Shown here in pieces: positions 9,315 to 19,571 of a stretch of DNA of 55,402 bases (the stretch's first letter is position 1; the number at the start of each line of letters is the position of its first letter). This DNA is from Candidatus Fervidifonticultor quintus (GTDB lineage: Bacteria > Sysuimicrobiota > Sysuimicrobiia > Sysuimicrobiales > Humicultoraceae). The notes below the pieces were generated by a model that was given only the letters and a program-made list of their open reading frames with translations, made no database searches and was not told where the DNA came from. Location: positions 1 through 55,402 of the forward strand of contig JAVKIJ010000009.1 of assembly GCA_031459535.1 (NCBI GenBank), in the 5' to 3' direction. Made by a program: the position numbers and the translations under genes.

Positions 9315-10042
9315 TCCTCCAGGTGAGCAACCTGACCAAGGCCTTCGGCGGCGTTGTCGCCGTCAAGAATCTGAGCTTTGAGGTTTCGGCTGGCGAGCGC
9401 CTGGGCATCATCGGGCCCAACGGAGCGGGCAAGACCACCACCTTCAACGTGATCGGCGGGGAGTACCGACCCACGGCGGGTTCCGTGCACCTCGATGGGG
9501 AACGGATCGACGGGCTCAAACCCCACGATGTGAACCAGCGGGGGATTGCCCGCACGTTCCAGATCGTCAGGGTGTTCGGGCAGCTCACGGTCCACGACCA
9601 CGTGCTCACCGGCCTCGTGGCCCGGCGGCCCGGCTTCAAAGTCGCTCCCGGGCAGGAGGAGGAAGTCGACGGCCTGTTGGCGCTGACCGGCCTGCAACGG
9701 CTCAGAGACGTGGAGGCTAGGAACCTCACCACGGCGTACAAGAAGCGCCTGGAGCTGGCCACGGCTCTGGCCACCAAGCCGAAGCTGCTCCTGCTGGATG
9801 AGCTCATGGCAGGCCTCAACCTCGTGGAGATCGACGAGTCCATGCAGTTGTTGCGCCGGATCAACGAGGAAATGAGGATCACCCTGCTGATCGTGGAGCA
9901 CGTGATGCGAGCCATCATGGGGCTGTGCCACCGCATCATCGTGCTCCACTACGGCGAAAAGATCGCCGAGGGCACTCCGCAGGAGGTCGCCGGCAACAGG
10001 AAGGTCATCGACGCCTACCTCGGCGAGGAAGCCTATGCTTGA
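9311..10042 (+). CDS. livG: LIV-type ABC ATPase (LivG-like)
   Basis: Walker A GPNGAGKTT, GIARTFQ, LLLLDE, VEHVM, VIDAYLG. Confidence 0.9.
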   Translation: MILQVSNLTKAFGGVVAVKNLSFEVSAGERLGIIGPNGAGKTTTFNVIGGEYRPTAGSVHLDGERIDGLKPHDVNQRGIARTFQIVRVFGQLTVHDHVLTGLVARRPGFKVAPGQEEEVDGLLALTGLQRLRDVEARNLTTAYKKRLELATALATKPKLLLLDELMAGLNLVEIDESMQLLRRINEEMRITLLIVEHVMRAIMGLCHRIIVLHYGEKIAEGTPQEVAGNRKVIDAYLGEEAYA

Positions 10043-10739
10043 GGTCCACGGCATCAGCGCCGGCTACGGTGGCATTCAGATCGTTTGGGACGTATCCCTG
10101 ACGGTTGGCCGCGGCGAGACCGTGGCGCTGGTCGGGGCAAACGGGGTCGGCAAGACTACCGTGCTCAAGACCATCGCGGGACTGCTGCGGCCGATGGGGG
10201 GTAGCGTGACCCTGGAAGGCGCCCGCATTGACGGCATGCCCCCACACGCCATCGTGGCCCGAGGCCTGGCGCTGGTGCCAGAGGGGCGTCGGGTGTTTCC
10301 CTTCATGACGGTGCTGGAGAACCTGGAACTCGGCGCGTATCTGGAGGCGCGGCGGGATCGCGTCGAGGAGACCCTCCGGCGGGTCTACGATCTGTTCCCG
10401 ATTCTGCGGGAGCGCAGACAGCAGCTGGCCGGTACGTTGAGCGGCGGCGAGCAGCAGATGCTCGTGATCGGTAGGGCCCTGATGTCGAGGCCGAGACTCT
10501 TGATGATGGACGAGCCGTCGCTGGGGCTGGCGCCCTCCGTGGTTGCCACTGTGTTCGGGTCCATCCGGCGGCTGGTGGCCGAAGGCATGACCATCCTGCT
10601 GGTGGAACAGAACGTGCGCAAGAGCCTGGAACTGGCCCATCGCGCGTACGTGCTGGAGAACGGCAGGATCGTGCTTAGCGGCGACAGCGCCACCCTGTTG
10701 GCGGATCCCACGGTTAAGAAGGCTTACCTCGGCGTCTAG
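10035..10739 (+). CDS. livF: LIV-type ABC ATPase (LivF-like)
   Basis: GANGVGKTT, VPEGRRVF, LSGGEQQML, DEPSLGLAP, VEQN. Confidence 0.92.
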   Translation: MLEVHGISAGYGGIQIVWDVSLTVGRGETVALVGANGVGKTTVLKTIAGLLRPMGGSVTLEGARIDGMPPHAIVARGLALVPEGRRVFPFMTVLENLELGAYLEARRDRVEETLRRVYDLFPILRERRQQLAGTLSGGEQQMLVIGRALMSRPRLLMMDEPSLGLAPSVVATVFGSIRRLVAEGMTILLVEQNVRKSLELAHRAYVLENGRIVLSGDSATLLADPTVKKAYLGV

Positions 10740-10777
10740 ACATTGAGCCCGATGAGGGTACAAGGCGGTGAGTTGGC

Positions 10778-12115
10778 ATGGTCCAGCCCGTTGCTGACTA
10801 TCAAACAAAGCACGCCCGATACGTCCTGACCCCCTGGTCGGCCCAGGCAGGGCTGAGACCACCGGTCATCGTCCGGGGCGAGGGGCGGTTCCTGTACGAC
10901 GCGGAGGGTAAGCGATACCTGGACTTCTCGGCGGGGCTGGTGGCGGTCAACCTGGGGCATGCCCACCCCAAGGTGGTGCGGGCTATGCAGGCACAGGTCG
11001 AGCGGTTGTGCTACGCGCCGCCGTCGTTCTTCCACGACGCCCGGGCCGAGCTCGCCGAGACCCTGATCCGGCTGGCTCCCTGGCCGGAGGAAGGGAGGGT
11101 GTTCTTCACCACGGGCGGGGCCGAAGCCAACGAAGACGCGGTGAAGATGGCCCGGTTGATCACCGGACGCTTCAAGGTCCTCGCGGCCTACAAGTCCTTC
11201 CACGGCTCGAGCTTCGGGGCCGCCACGCTCACAGGCGATGACCGTCGCTTCGCGGCCGAGCCCGGAATCCCCGGGGTGATCCATTTCTTCACCCCCTACC
11301 CGTACCGCAGTCCGTTCTTCACCACGGATCCTCGAGAGGAGACGCACCGGGCGCTGGAGCACCTCGAGCGGGTCCTGCACTATGAGGATCCCCGGCGGGT
11401 CGCCGCGGTCATCCTGGAACCCGTGGTGGGCACCAACGGGGTGATCGTGTATCCGGACGGATACCTAGACGGTGTCCGCAAGATCACCGAGGGGCACGGT
11501 ATCCTCCTGGTGTTCGACGAGGTGATGACCGGGTTCGGACGGACCGGGGCGCCCTTTGCCGCCCGCCGCTTCGGCGTGACCCCGGACATGATCACCTTTG
11601 CGAAGGCGGTGACCTCGGCCTATGTGCCCCTGGGCGGGGTCCTGGTTCGCGAGTCGCTGGCCCGTCACTTCGACGGCAACGTGCTGTGGTGCGGACACAC
11701 GTTCTCGGGACACCCTCTGGCCATGGCCACCGCGCTCGCGGTGCAGGAGGTCTACCGCGAAGAGGGCCTGCTCACCCGTGCCCTGGACGTGGAAGGCTGG
11801 CTGCGACCGGCCCTGGAGGGACTCCGCCAGCGCCATCCCGTGGTGGGCGACGTGCGTGGGCTGGGAGCCTTCTTCGCGCTCGAACTGGTCAGAGACCGCG
11901 AGAGCCGGGAGCCCCTGGCGACCCCCTACGGCGGCGACCTGGCACTGGTCCGAGAGTTCCAGGCCGCGCTGCGGAATCGCGGTGTGTACGTCTTCGGCCG
12001 GTTCAACATCTTCCTGGTCGCGCCGCCGCTGACGATCACCAGGGAAGAGGTCGAGATCGGCATCGAGGGGCTGGACGGTGCCCTGGCGGAGCTCGCCGCC
12101 AGGGTGGCGGCCTGA
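10778..12115 (+). CDS. Class III PLP aminotransferase (omega-amino acid type, e.g. beta-alanine/taurine:pyruvate)
   Basis: GKRYLDFSAG..NLGH, FTTGGAEANE, SFHG, FDEVMTGFGRTG, PDMITFAKAVTS (PLP Lys), GHTFSGHP. Confidence 0.9.
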   Translation: MVQPVADYQTKHARYVLTPWSAQAGLRPPVIVRGEGRFLYDAEGKRYLDFSAGLVAVNLGHAHPKVVRAMQAQVERLCYAPPSFFHDARAELAETLIRLAPWPEEGRVFFTTGGAEANEDAVKMARLITGRFKVLAAYKSFHGSSFGAATLTGDDRRFAAEPGIPGVIHFFTPYPYRSPFFTTDPREETHRALEHLERVLHYEDPRRVAAVILEPVVGTNGVIVYPDGYLDGVRKITEGHGILLVFDEVMTGFGRTGAPFAARRFGVTPDMITFAKAVTSAYVPLGGVLVRESLARHFDGNVLWCGHTFSGHPLAMATALAVQEVYREEGLLTRALDVEGWLRPALEGLRQRHPVVGDVRGLGAFFALELVRDRESREPLATPYGGDLALVREFQAALRNRGVYVFGRFNIFLVAPPLTITREEVEIGIEGLDGALAELAARVAA

Positions 12116-12158
12116 TCCGGGGCGGTGGGGGGCTCCACGACGACGGGAGGTACGCAGG

Positions 12159-13649
12159 ATGGCGCTCTTGGACGAACCGATCAAGGAAGTCAGGACGCTG
12201 CGCAACTTCATCGGCGGGGAATGGGTGGAATCCCAGGGCGAGGTCGTCGACGTGGTGAACCCGGCCACGTGCAAGACGATCGCGCGAGTGCCCATCTCCA
12301 CCAAGGAGGAGTTCGACGGCGCGGTGGCAGCGGCCAAAGAGGCGTTCCCCGAATGGCGGGCCACCCCGCCGCTGGCCCGGGCACGCTGTCTCTTCAGGCT
12401 GAAGGAGCTGCTGGAGGAGCACTTTGAGGAACTCAGTCGCATTCAGACACAAGAGCACGGGAAGACGATCGACGAGTCGAGGGGCGAGACGCGCCGCGGC
12501 ATCGAGAACGTGGAGGTGGCCTGTGGGATCGCCACCTTGATGCAGGGCCTCTACTCAGAGGACATCGCGGTGGGGATAGACGAGTACCTCATCCGGCAAC
12601 CCCTGGGGGTCTTCGGCGTCATCGCGCCCTTCAACTTCCCCTTCATGATCCCCCTCTGGTCGGCGCCCTATGCGGTGGCCACAGGGAATTGCGTGGTCAT
12701 CAAGCCGTCCAGCGAGGTACCCATCAGCCAGACCCGGCTCGCCGAGCTGGTCGAAGAAGCCGGCATTCCGCCGGGGGTGTGGAACGTGGTCCACGGCGGC
12801 AGGACCGTGGTGAATGCCATGCTGGACCACCCTGATATCGTGGGCGTCACCTTCGTGGGCTCCACGCCCACGGCGAAGCTGGTGTACCGGCGGTGCGGTG
12901 AAACCGGCAAGCGGGTCATCGCGCAGGGCGGCGCCAAGAATTTCATGGTCATCATGCCGGACTGCAACGTGGACAGGACGATCCCGGCCCTGATGACCTC
13001 GTTCTTCGGCAACACCGGGCAGCGGTGCCTGTCCGGCGCCAATCTCGTGATCGTCGGTGAGGACGACGGGTTCTATGGCGAGTTCGTGGACCGTGTCGTC
13101 GACGCCGCCTCCCGAATCACAATCGGCTATGGGCTCGACGATTCGGTGCAAATGGGGCCAGTGCGCGACAGGGAGAAGAAAGAGCGGATCCTGAGCTACA
13201 TCGAGAGCGGCCTGGCAGCGGGGGCGACCCTGAAACTCGACGGCAGGAAGCCTGTCAACCTGGTGGGCGGGTACCCCGACACCTGCTTCCTGGGCGCGAC
13301 GATCTTCGAAGACGTCCGTCCAGAGATGCGGATCGGCAGCGAGGAGATCTTCGGGCCGGTGATGAGCATCATGCGGGCCAGGACCCTGGATGAGGCCATC
13401 GCGATGGCCAATGCCAGTCCGTTCGGCAACGGGCACGCGATCTTCACCTCGCGGGGCGACCACGCCAGAGAGTTCCGCTACCGGGTGACCAGCGGGAACG
13501 TGGGCATCAACGTAGGGATCGTGGCACCCATGGCCTTCTTCCCGTTTAGCGGGATGAAGGAGTCGTTCTTCGGCATTCTCCACACCCAGGGACAGGAGGC
13601 CATCCGCTTCTTCACCGAGAGCAAGGTCGTCATCGAAAGGTGGCTCTGA
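12159..13649 (+). CDS. mmsA: CoA-acylating (methyl)malonate-semialdehyde dehydrogenase
   Basis: RGIENVEVACG, PFNFPFMIP, FVGSTP, AQGGAKN, FGNTGQRCL, NVGINVGIVAPMAFFPFSGMKESFFG. GGAGG precedes ATG 12159. Confidence 0.9.
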   Translation: MALLDEPIKEVRTLRNFIGGEWVESQGEVVDVVNPATCKTIARVPISTKEEFDGAVAAAKEAFPEWRATPPLARARCLFRLKELLEEHFEELSRIQTQEHGKTIDESRGETRRGIENVEVACGIATLMQGLYSEDIAVGIDEYLIRQPLGVFGVIAPFNFPFMIPLWSAPYAVATGNCVVIKPSSEVPISQTRLAELVEEAGIPPGVWNVVHGGRTVVNAMLDHPDIVGVTFVGSTPTAKLVYRRCGETGKRVIAQGGAKNFMVIMPDCNVDRTIPALMTSFFGNTGQRCLSGANLVIVGEDDGFYGEFVDRVVDAASRITIGYGLDDSVQMGPVRDREKKERILSYIESGLAAGATLKLDGRKPVNLVGGYPDTCFLGATIFEDVRPEMRIGSEEIFGPVMSIMRARTLDEAIAMANASPFGNGHAIFTSRGDHAREFRYRVTSGNVGINVGIVAPMAFFPFSGMKESFFGILHTQGQEAIRFFTESKVVIERWL

Positions 13650-14098
13650 TGAGACTGCAAACGGCTTCAGGGGTCATCAACTTCGTGCGGAAGCTCGAGA
13701 CCGAGTCTGCGGCGTTCTACGAAGCCCTGGCGCGGGCGTTCCCGAAGGACGGCGACGTCTTTCTCTCGTTTGCCCGGGAGAACCGAAAGAACGTGGTACA
13801 GATCGAACGGGCGTACTACAGCGTCATTACCGATGCGATTGAGGGCTGCTTCGCGTTCGACGTCGAGACGGACCGCTACGCCTTCGACGCAGTCCTGCCC
13901 GAGGGGGCAGCGTACGCGGAGGCGCTGCAGCGGGCTGCCGACATCGAAGCCAAGATTCTCAGGTTCTACACTGAGGCCGCCGCGCAGTCGGGCGTGCTGA
14001 TGGCGGACGTCCCGCGGGCGTTTGCATCGGTGGCGAAGAAACGCGAGGGGCGCCGCGCGAAACTGGAGGCGCTCTTGGGAGCCCCCGGGACCACCTAG
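13649..14098 (+). CDS. Ferritin/rubrerythrin-like four-helix protein
   Basis: Two repeats of E.....FY..LA (LETESAAFYEALA; IEAKILRFYTEAA). ATG overlaps the mmsA stop (TGATG). Confidence 0.6.
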   Translation: MRLQTASGVINFVRKLETESAAFYEALARAFPKDGDVFLSFARENRKNVVQIERAYYSVITDAIEGCFAFDVETDRYAFDAVLPEGAAYAEALQRAADIEAKILRFYTEAAAQSGVLMADVPRAFASVAKKREGRRAKLEALLGAPGTT

Positions 14099-14272
14099 CA
14101 CCTCGCACCACCGCACTTTCGGGCCGCCGGCCGGGCGCGTGGCCTGCGGCGGGCCTGCACTTTCGGGCCCATCAGGTCGAGACCCGATTGACGGTCTAGG
14201 GTCGCTGGCGACGATATCTTAGATTGTTAGACATTTTTGCGCCGATATTCGTTGTGACAAGGCAGCTTTCCA

Positions 14273-14866
14273 ATGATTTTCGACGATCTGAATAGGCAGA
14301 TCGTGCTCATGCTCCAGAAGGACGGCCGCCTCAGCAATAGCGAGATTGCCAGGCGGCTGGGCGTGACCGAGACGACCGTTCGCCGACGGATCGACCGGAT
14401 GGTGGAGGACGGGATCATCCGCGTGGCGGCCGTGGCCAACCCGTTCAAGATCGGCCTACAGACCGTGGCGCTCATCAGCATCGACGTGGACCTTCCCAAA
14501 CTCGAGGACGTGGCCCGGGCGCTGGTGGCGATGAAGGAAGTGCGATATGTCGGATACGCGACCGGCGCCCACGACATCGTCATCGAGGCGATCTTTCCCG
14601 ACAACGCCGCACTGCTCAAGTTCGTCTCGGAACGGCTCGGGCGAATTCCGGGCATCCGGCGCACCGAGACATCCATCCAGCTCGACGTCCTCAAGCGCAG
14701 TTACGAGTGGGAAATCCCCGCCCTGCGCGCGGAGGCGACCGATCGCCGGCAGGTGCCCCGGCGGCGGATTGCCCCGACCCGCCGCCGCGCTCAAGACCGC
14801 GCAGGTGCAGACACCGGACGGCCCGAACCGGAGCTGCCGATCCGGGCCCACCAGGAGGAGGTGTGA
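14273..14866 (+). CDS. Lrp/AsnC-family transcriptional regulator
   Basis: DDLNRQIVLMLQKDGRLSNSEIARRLGVTETTVRRRIDRM HTH, then ATGAHDIVIE..IPGIRRTETSI. Confidence 0.95.
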   Translation: MIFDDLNRQIVLMLQKDGRLSNSEIARRLGVTETTVRRRIDRMVEDGIIRVAAVANPFKIGLQTVALISIDVDLPKLEDVARALVAMKEVRYVGYATGAHDIVIEAIFPDNAALLKFVSERLGRIPGIRRTETSIQLDVLKRSYEWEIPALRAEATDRRQVPRRRIAPTRRRAQDRAGADTGRPEPELPIRAHQEEV

Positions 14867-14868
14867 AG

Positions 14869-16437
14869 ATGAGGAACCGTGCTCGCAGCGGATCGCTGGG
14901 CGTGCTCGTCGTGCTCCTGGCGGCGTTGATCCTGCCCTCAGGGACCTCGGGCGCACCGAGCGCGCCGAAACGAGGGGGCACGCTGGTCATCTCGCTGGGC
15001 ACCGACGTGCCAATCTTCGACTGCAATCTCGCCACCGGCATCCCCAACCTGGGCATCATTCTCATGGCAACCGAGACGCTGACCCGAATCGATCCCAACG
15101 GGGGGCGGGTGCTCCCGCACCTGGCGGAGTCGTGGTCCCTGAGCCCAGACGGCAAGACCTGGACGTTCAAATTGCGCAGGGGCGTCCGGTTCCACGATGG
15201 GACGCCCTTCAACGCCGAGGCGGTGAAATTCAGCATCGAGCGTCTCCTCGACCCGGGGCTGCGCGGGCCCGCCCGGCCGGCATTCACCATGATCGAGCGG
15301 GTCTCCCCGGTTGATGATCTCACGGTCAATCTGGTGACCGAGGGTCGGTTTTCGGCGCTGCCGGCGCAGCTCGCGTATGCGCCCATCTGCATGAATAGCC
15401 CAACCCAGGTCAGGAAGCTGGGCGAACGGTACTACACGGCCCCCATGGGCACCGGTCCCTTCAGGTTCGTCCACCATATCCGCGGCCGCGAGGTGCGGCT
15501 GGAGGCCAATCGGGAGTACTGGGGCGGAGCGCCGCATCTGGACGCGGTCCTCATGCGGCCGATTCCTGAGACCGCCGCGCGCATCATGGCGCTCGAGGCC
15601 GGTGAGGTGGACGTCGCCTACCACGTGCCGCCCCGCGACGCCGACCGGCTACGCAAGAACCCTCGATTCGAGGTGTTGGCTCCGCCGCCGCAGCGGAAGA
15701 TCTTCATCGGCATGAACGTGCTGTGGGGGCCCTTTCGGGACAAGAGGGTGCGCCAGGCTCTCAACTACGCCGTCGACAAGCAGGCGATCGTAGACCGGAT
15801 CTTCCTCGGGCTGGCCAGGGTGACGGACTCGCCGGTGCCGCATACGGGCTACGGCTACTTTCCCACCAGGACGTACGAGTACGACCCGGCCAAGGCCAGG
15901 CGGCTGCTGGCCGAAGCGGGATATCCCAGGGGGTTTGAGGCCACCCTGCACTTTGCGCCGGGACGCTACCTGATGGACACCGAAGTCGTTGAAGCCGTCC
16001 AGGCCTACCTGGCGGCCGTCGGCGTCCAGATGAAGATCATCAGGATGGAGTGGGGTGCCTACCAGGCCGCCCAGCGGAAGGGTCCCGAGGAGAGTACCCT
16101 GCAGATGTTCTTCATCGGCTGGGGACTGCCCACCCTCGACGCCGACCTGGCAGTGAAGGACTACATGCAGGAATCGTGGGCACCCGGCGGCCTGAACAAC
16201 ATGTTCTACGCGCGCCGGGACCTGACCGACCTGATTCTCGCCCAGCGCTACTTTGCCGAGCCCGAACGGCGTCTCTACGCCCTCAAGAAGATTCAGGAGA
16301 TCATCATGGAGGATGCGCCGCAGATCTTCCTGTACACCGAACCGCAGATTCACGCCAAGCGGGCGGACGTCCGGGACTTCACCATTTCCGTGACCGAGAT
16401 GGTGGACCTCATGCACAGGACCTGGCTCGACCGCTAG
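14869..16437 (+). CDS. Peptide/nickel ABC transporter substrate-binding protein (family 5)
   Basis: Signal peptide, PHLAESWSLSPDGKTWTFKLRRGVRFHDGTPFNAEAVKFS, GTGPF, DKRVRQALNYAVD. AGGAGG upstream. Confidence 0.93.
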   Translation: MRNRARSGSLGVLVVLLAALILPSGTSGAPSAPKRGGTLVISLGTDVPIFDCNLATGIPNLGIILMATETLTRIDPNGGRVLPHLAESWSLSPDGKTWTFKLRRGVRFHDGTPFNAEAVKFSIERLLDPGLRGPARPAFTMIERVSPVDDLTVNLVTEGRFSALPAQLAYAPICMNSPTQVRKLGERYYTAPMGTGPFRFVHHIRGREVRLEANREYWGGAPHLDAVLMRPIPETAARIMALEAGEVDVAYHVPPRDADRLRKNPRFEVLAPPPQRKIFIGMNVLWGPFRDKRVRQALNYAVDKQAIVDRIFLGLARVTDSPVPHTGYGYFPTRTYEYDPAKARRLLAEAGYPRGFEATLHFAPGRYLMDTEVVEAVQAYLAAVGVQMKIIRMEWGAYQAAQRKGPEESTLQMFFIGWGLPTLDADLAVKDYMQESWAPGGLNNMFYARRDLTDLILAQRYFAEPERRLYALKKIQEIIMEDAPQIFLYTEPQIHAKRADVRDFTISVTEMVDLMHRTWLDR

Positions 16438-16516
16438 CCGGATTCCGGGAAGACGGCGTCAAGCCGGCGAGGGGGTGGCCGGCGCGGGCGCGCGTCGCGG
16501 ATCGCGCATCACGGCC

Positions 16517-17437
16517 GTGAAGCAGTACATTGCCCGCCGCCTGGGCCTGATGGTCCCGCTGCTATTCGGGATCTCGGTGATTGTGTTCGTGTTCATCAGG
16601 CTGATCCCGGGCGACCCCGCCGAATTGATGGCCAGCCAGTGGGCCACAAAGAAGGACATCGAACTGATCCGGCACGCCTGGGGGCTGGACCGCCCGCTGC
16701 ACGTCCAGTACCTGGTGTTTCTGTGGAACCTGGCGCGCGGCGACCTGGGCCGCTCGGTGGTGTCCAACACGCCCGTCACCAGGGAGATTCGCGAGCGCTA
16801 CCCCTACACGATCCAGCTGGCCGTGGCCAGCATGGCGGTGGCCATCGCGGTTGGGACGGCGGCCGGGGTCATCTCCGCCGTCCGCCCGTACGCCCTCACC
16901 GACAATCTCTCCATGGTGCTGGCCCTGCTCGGCGTGTCCACGCCCGGGTTCTGGATGGGCCTGATGATGATGTTGCTCTTCGCCGTGATCCTGGGATGGC
17001 TGCCCGCGACCGGGGCCGGGACCATCGGGCATCTGGTCATGCCTGCGGCCACGCTGGGTTTCGCGGCCGCTGGCATCCTGGCGCGCCAGACGCGTTCGAG
17101 CATGCTGGACGTGCTCCGCCAGGAGTACATCTTCACCGCGCGCGCCAAGGGGCTTCGCGAAGCCGCGGTGATCGGACGACACGGGCTGAAGAATGCCCTG
17201 ATTCCCGTCGTGACCGTTGTCGGGCTGCAGTTTGGCACCCTGCTGGGCGGCTCGGTGGTCATCGAGAGTGTCTTTGCCTGGCCTGGCATGGGCCGTCTCC
17301 TTGTGGATGCCATCATGACCCGCGACTATCCCGTGATCCAGGCGGCTGTGCTGCTGTTTGCGACGACCTTCGCCGTCATCAATCTGGCCGTGGACCTGCT
17401 CTACGGATACCTGGATCCCCGCATTCGCTATGGCTGA
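16517..17437 (+). CDS. Peptide ABC permease (DppB/OppB-like)
   Basis: LIPGDPA, GLDRPLHVQY, EYIFTARAKGL, GSVVIESVFAWPGMG, RDYPVIQ. Start is uncertain (16475 or 16517). Confidence 0.92.
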   Translation: MKQYIARRLGLMVPLLFGISVIVFVFIRLIPGDPAELMASQWATKKDIELIRHAWGLDRPLHVQYLVFLWNLARGDLGRSVVSNTPVTREIRERYPYTIQLAVASMAVAIAVGTAAGVISAVRPYALTDNLSMVLALLGVSTPGFWMGLMMMLLFAVILGWLPATGAGTIGHLVMPAATLGFAAAGILARQTRSSMLDVLRQEYIFTARAKGLREAAVIGRHGLKNALIPVVTVVGLQFGTLLGGSVVIESVFAWPGMGRLLVDAIMTRDYPVIQAAVLLFATTFAVINLAVDLLYGYLDPRIRYG

Positions 17438-18344
17438 GGTCGTCGCAGGCGACCGGCGAGGTGATCGAGCGGGTATCGGAGGGCTCGGGGCAAGGCGGCA
17501 CCCTGCCAGCCGGCCGGTGCGCGTGTTCCTGCGCAATCGCGCCGCGCTGGCAGGGCTGCTGATCCTGGGCCTCCTGATCCTCGCGGCGATCCTGGCACCG
17601 TGGATTGCCCGCGACCCCTTGGAAGCCGATCTCTCCCGAATGCTGGCTGCGCCGTCGGTCGGCCACCCGCTTGGTACCGACGAGTTGGGCCGGGACCTCT
17701 TCAGCCGCACCCTTTACGGGGCCCGGATCTCGCTCACGCTGGGCTTGGTGGCTGTGGGGATCGCCCTGTCCGTGGGGGTACCGCTGGGCGCGGTCGGCGC
17801 CTATCGAGGTGGGTGGGCGGACCTGGCGGTCATGCGCTTCGTAGACATCCTGCTCTCTTTCCCGCCAATTCTCCTGGCCATCAGTGTGGTCGTCGTCCTG
17901 GGTCCGAGCCTCTACAACGCCATGATTGCCATCGGCATTGCGCAGATGCCGGTCTACGCCCGGCTGGTTCGGGGGGTGGTCCTCTCGCTCAAGGAACGGG
18001 ACTTCGTGGAAGCCGCCCGGGCGCTGGGGGTTGGCGAGGCGCGCGTGGTGTTCAGGCATATCCTCCCCAACTGCCTGTCCCCGCTGATCGTGCAATCGAC
18101 GCTCCAGGTGGCGTCGGCGATCCTGTCGGCCGCTGCGCTGGGATTTCTGGGGTTGGGCGCGCAGCCGCCGACCCCTGAATGGGGTGCCATGTTGAGCAAG
18201 GCCAGGCTCTACCTCCGGGTCGCCCCGCACCTGTCGATCTTCCCTGGGCTGGCGATCCTCACGACCACGCTGGCCTGCAACTTGTTCGGTGATGGTGTGC
18301 GGGATGCGCTTGATCCACGTATGGCCATGCGTCTTGGCCTGTAA
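17430..18344 (+). CDS. Peptide ABC permease (DppC/OppC-like)
   Basis: HPLGTDELGRDLFSRTLYGARISL, DFVEAARALG, RHILPN, LGLGAQPPTPEWG, GDGVRDALDP. Confidence 0.93.
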   Translation: MAEVVAGDRRGDRAGIGGLGARRHPASRPVRVFLRNRAALAGLLILGLLILAAILAPWIARDPLEADLSRMLAAPSVGHPLGTDELGRDLFSRTLYGARISLTLGLVAVGIALSVGVPLGAVGAYRGGWADLAVMRFVDILLSFPPILLAISVVVVLGPSLYNAMIAIGIAQMPVYARLVRGVVLSLKERDFVEAARALGVGEARVVFRHILPNCLSPLIVQSTLQVASAILSAAALGFLGLGAQPPTPEWGAMLSKARLYLRVAPHLSIFPGLAILTTTLACNLFGDGVRDALDPRMAMRLGL

Positions 18345-18359
18345 GGAGGCAAACGAGCG

Positions 18360-19571
18360 ATGACACAGGCAGTGCACCGGGTACTCGAACACGTGGACGG
18401 TGAGTATGTCCTGGAATTGACGCGGCGCCTGATCCGCGTTCCCAGCACGGCGCCGCCGCTCCACCTGCGGGAGATCGCGGACGTCGTCGCCGGAGAACTG
18501 CGGTCCTACGGCGCGGACGTCACGGTCGTCGGCGACTCCGGGGAAGGGTGGGAACGGCCCAACGTGCTGGGAGTTGTCCGGGGTCAGGCACCCGGGCCCA
18601 CCCTGATGCTGGCTGCCCATACGGACGTGGTCCCCGCCTATGACCTCTCGCTCTGGCGCCACCCGCCGTTCGAGGCCCGGGTCGAGGATGGGGTGCTCCA
18701 CGGCCGCGGCTCCGCCGATACGAAGAGCAGCCTTGGCGCCATGATGGCGGCGCTGCGCGCCTTCCTCCAGTCGGGGGTGCCTCTCGCCGGCAGCGTGGTG
18801 CTGGCAGCGTGGGCTGGCGACGAGTGGCAGCCGCCCGGCGCCCGCTGGTTCAATGGGCTGTCCTACCTGGCGCTGGAGCACGGTTTGAAGGCTGACGCCG
18901 GGATCTTCGGCGAGCCCTACGATCTGCGCATCTGCCCGGCGAGCCGCGGCCGGGTGTGGTTCCGGATCGAGGTCGGCGGCGAGGCCACCCACTCGGCCAC
19001 AGGCATGGGGATCAATGCCATCCTCGGCGCCATGAAGGTCATCGATGCCGTCTACGGCATCAAAGTCGGGACGCATCCGCTGCTGGGCCACGACACCATC
19101 AACGTGGGGACCATCGACGGCGGCGTACAGCCGAACATCGTGCCGGATCACTGCACGATGACGTTTGATATCCGCTTCGCGATGCCGCTGACGACGGCGG
19201 CCATCGAACAGATGGTGCGGGAAGCCGTGGACCGGTTGCGGCCAGACCCGAAGTTCATCTTGAAGGATCTCGTGGTCACCGAGCGGCGCGAGCCGATCGA
19301 GTTCCCCAGCGACGGCACGCTGGTGCGCGCCCTTCGGCGGGCAGGTGACGCAGCCGGGACGCCGTTGCAAGTCGGCGGCGCCGTTTCCTTTGGCGATATC
19401 GCCGACTGGAAGGATCGCATGGGGCTGACCCAGGCCTGCCTGTTCGGCCCGGGCAAGACCGCCCAGGCCCACGCCATCAACGAGCACATCGCGGTCAGCG
19501 ACCTGCTGGCCGCCGCGCGGATCTACGCCGCGGCGATCGTGGCCTTCTCGGAGCTGGAGACGGGGCCGTGA
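18360..19571 (+). CDS. M20 metallopeptidase/deacylase (ArgE/DapE-like), paralogue 1
   Basis: [47 protein letters not shown]. Confidence 0.9.
   Translation: MTQAVHRVLEHVDGEYVLELTRRLIRVPSTAPPLHLREIADVVAGELRSYGADVTVVGDSGEGWERPNVLGVVRGQAPGPTLMLAAHTDVVPAYDLSLWRHPPFEARVEDGVLHGRGSADTKSSLGAMMAALRAFLQSGVPLAGSVVLAAWAGDEWQPPGARWFNGLSYLALEHGLKADAGIFGEPYDLRICPASRGRVWFRIEVGGEATHSATGMGINAILGAMKVIDAVYGIKVGTHPLLGHDTINVGTIDGGVQPNIVPDHCTMTFDIRFAMPLTTAAIEQMVREAVDRLRPDPKFILKDLVVTERREPIEFPSDGTLVRALRRAGDAAGTPLQVGGAVSFGDIADWKDRMGLTQACLFGPGKTAQAHAINEHIAVSDLLAAARIYAAAIVAFSELETGP

Noticed and set aside
17379-19487. 702-aa minus-strand ORF (likewise 52198-54048, 6230-7507, 30688-32118 and similar)
   Set aside because: These lie antisense to clearly identified genes and are explained by GC-rich codon bias.
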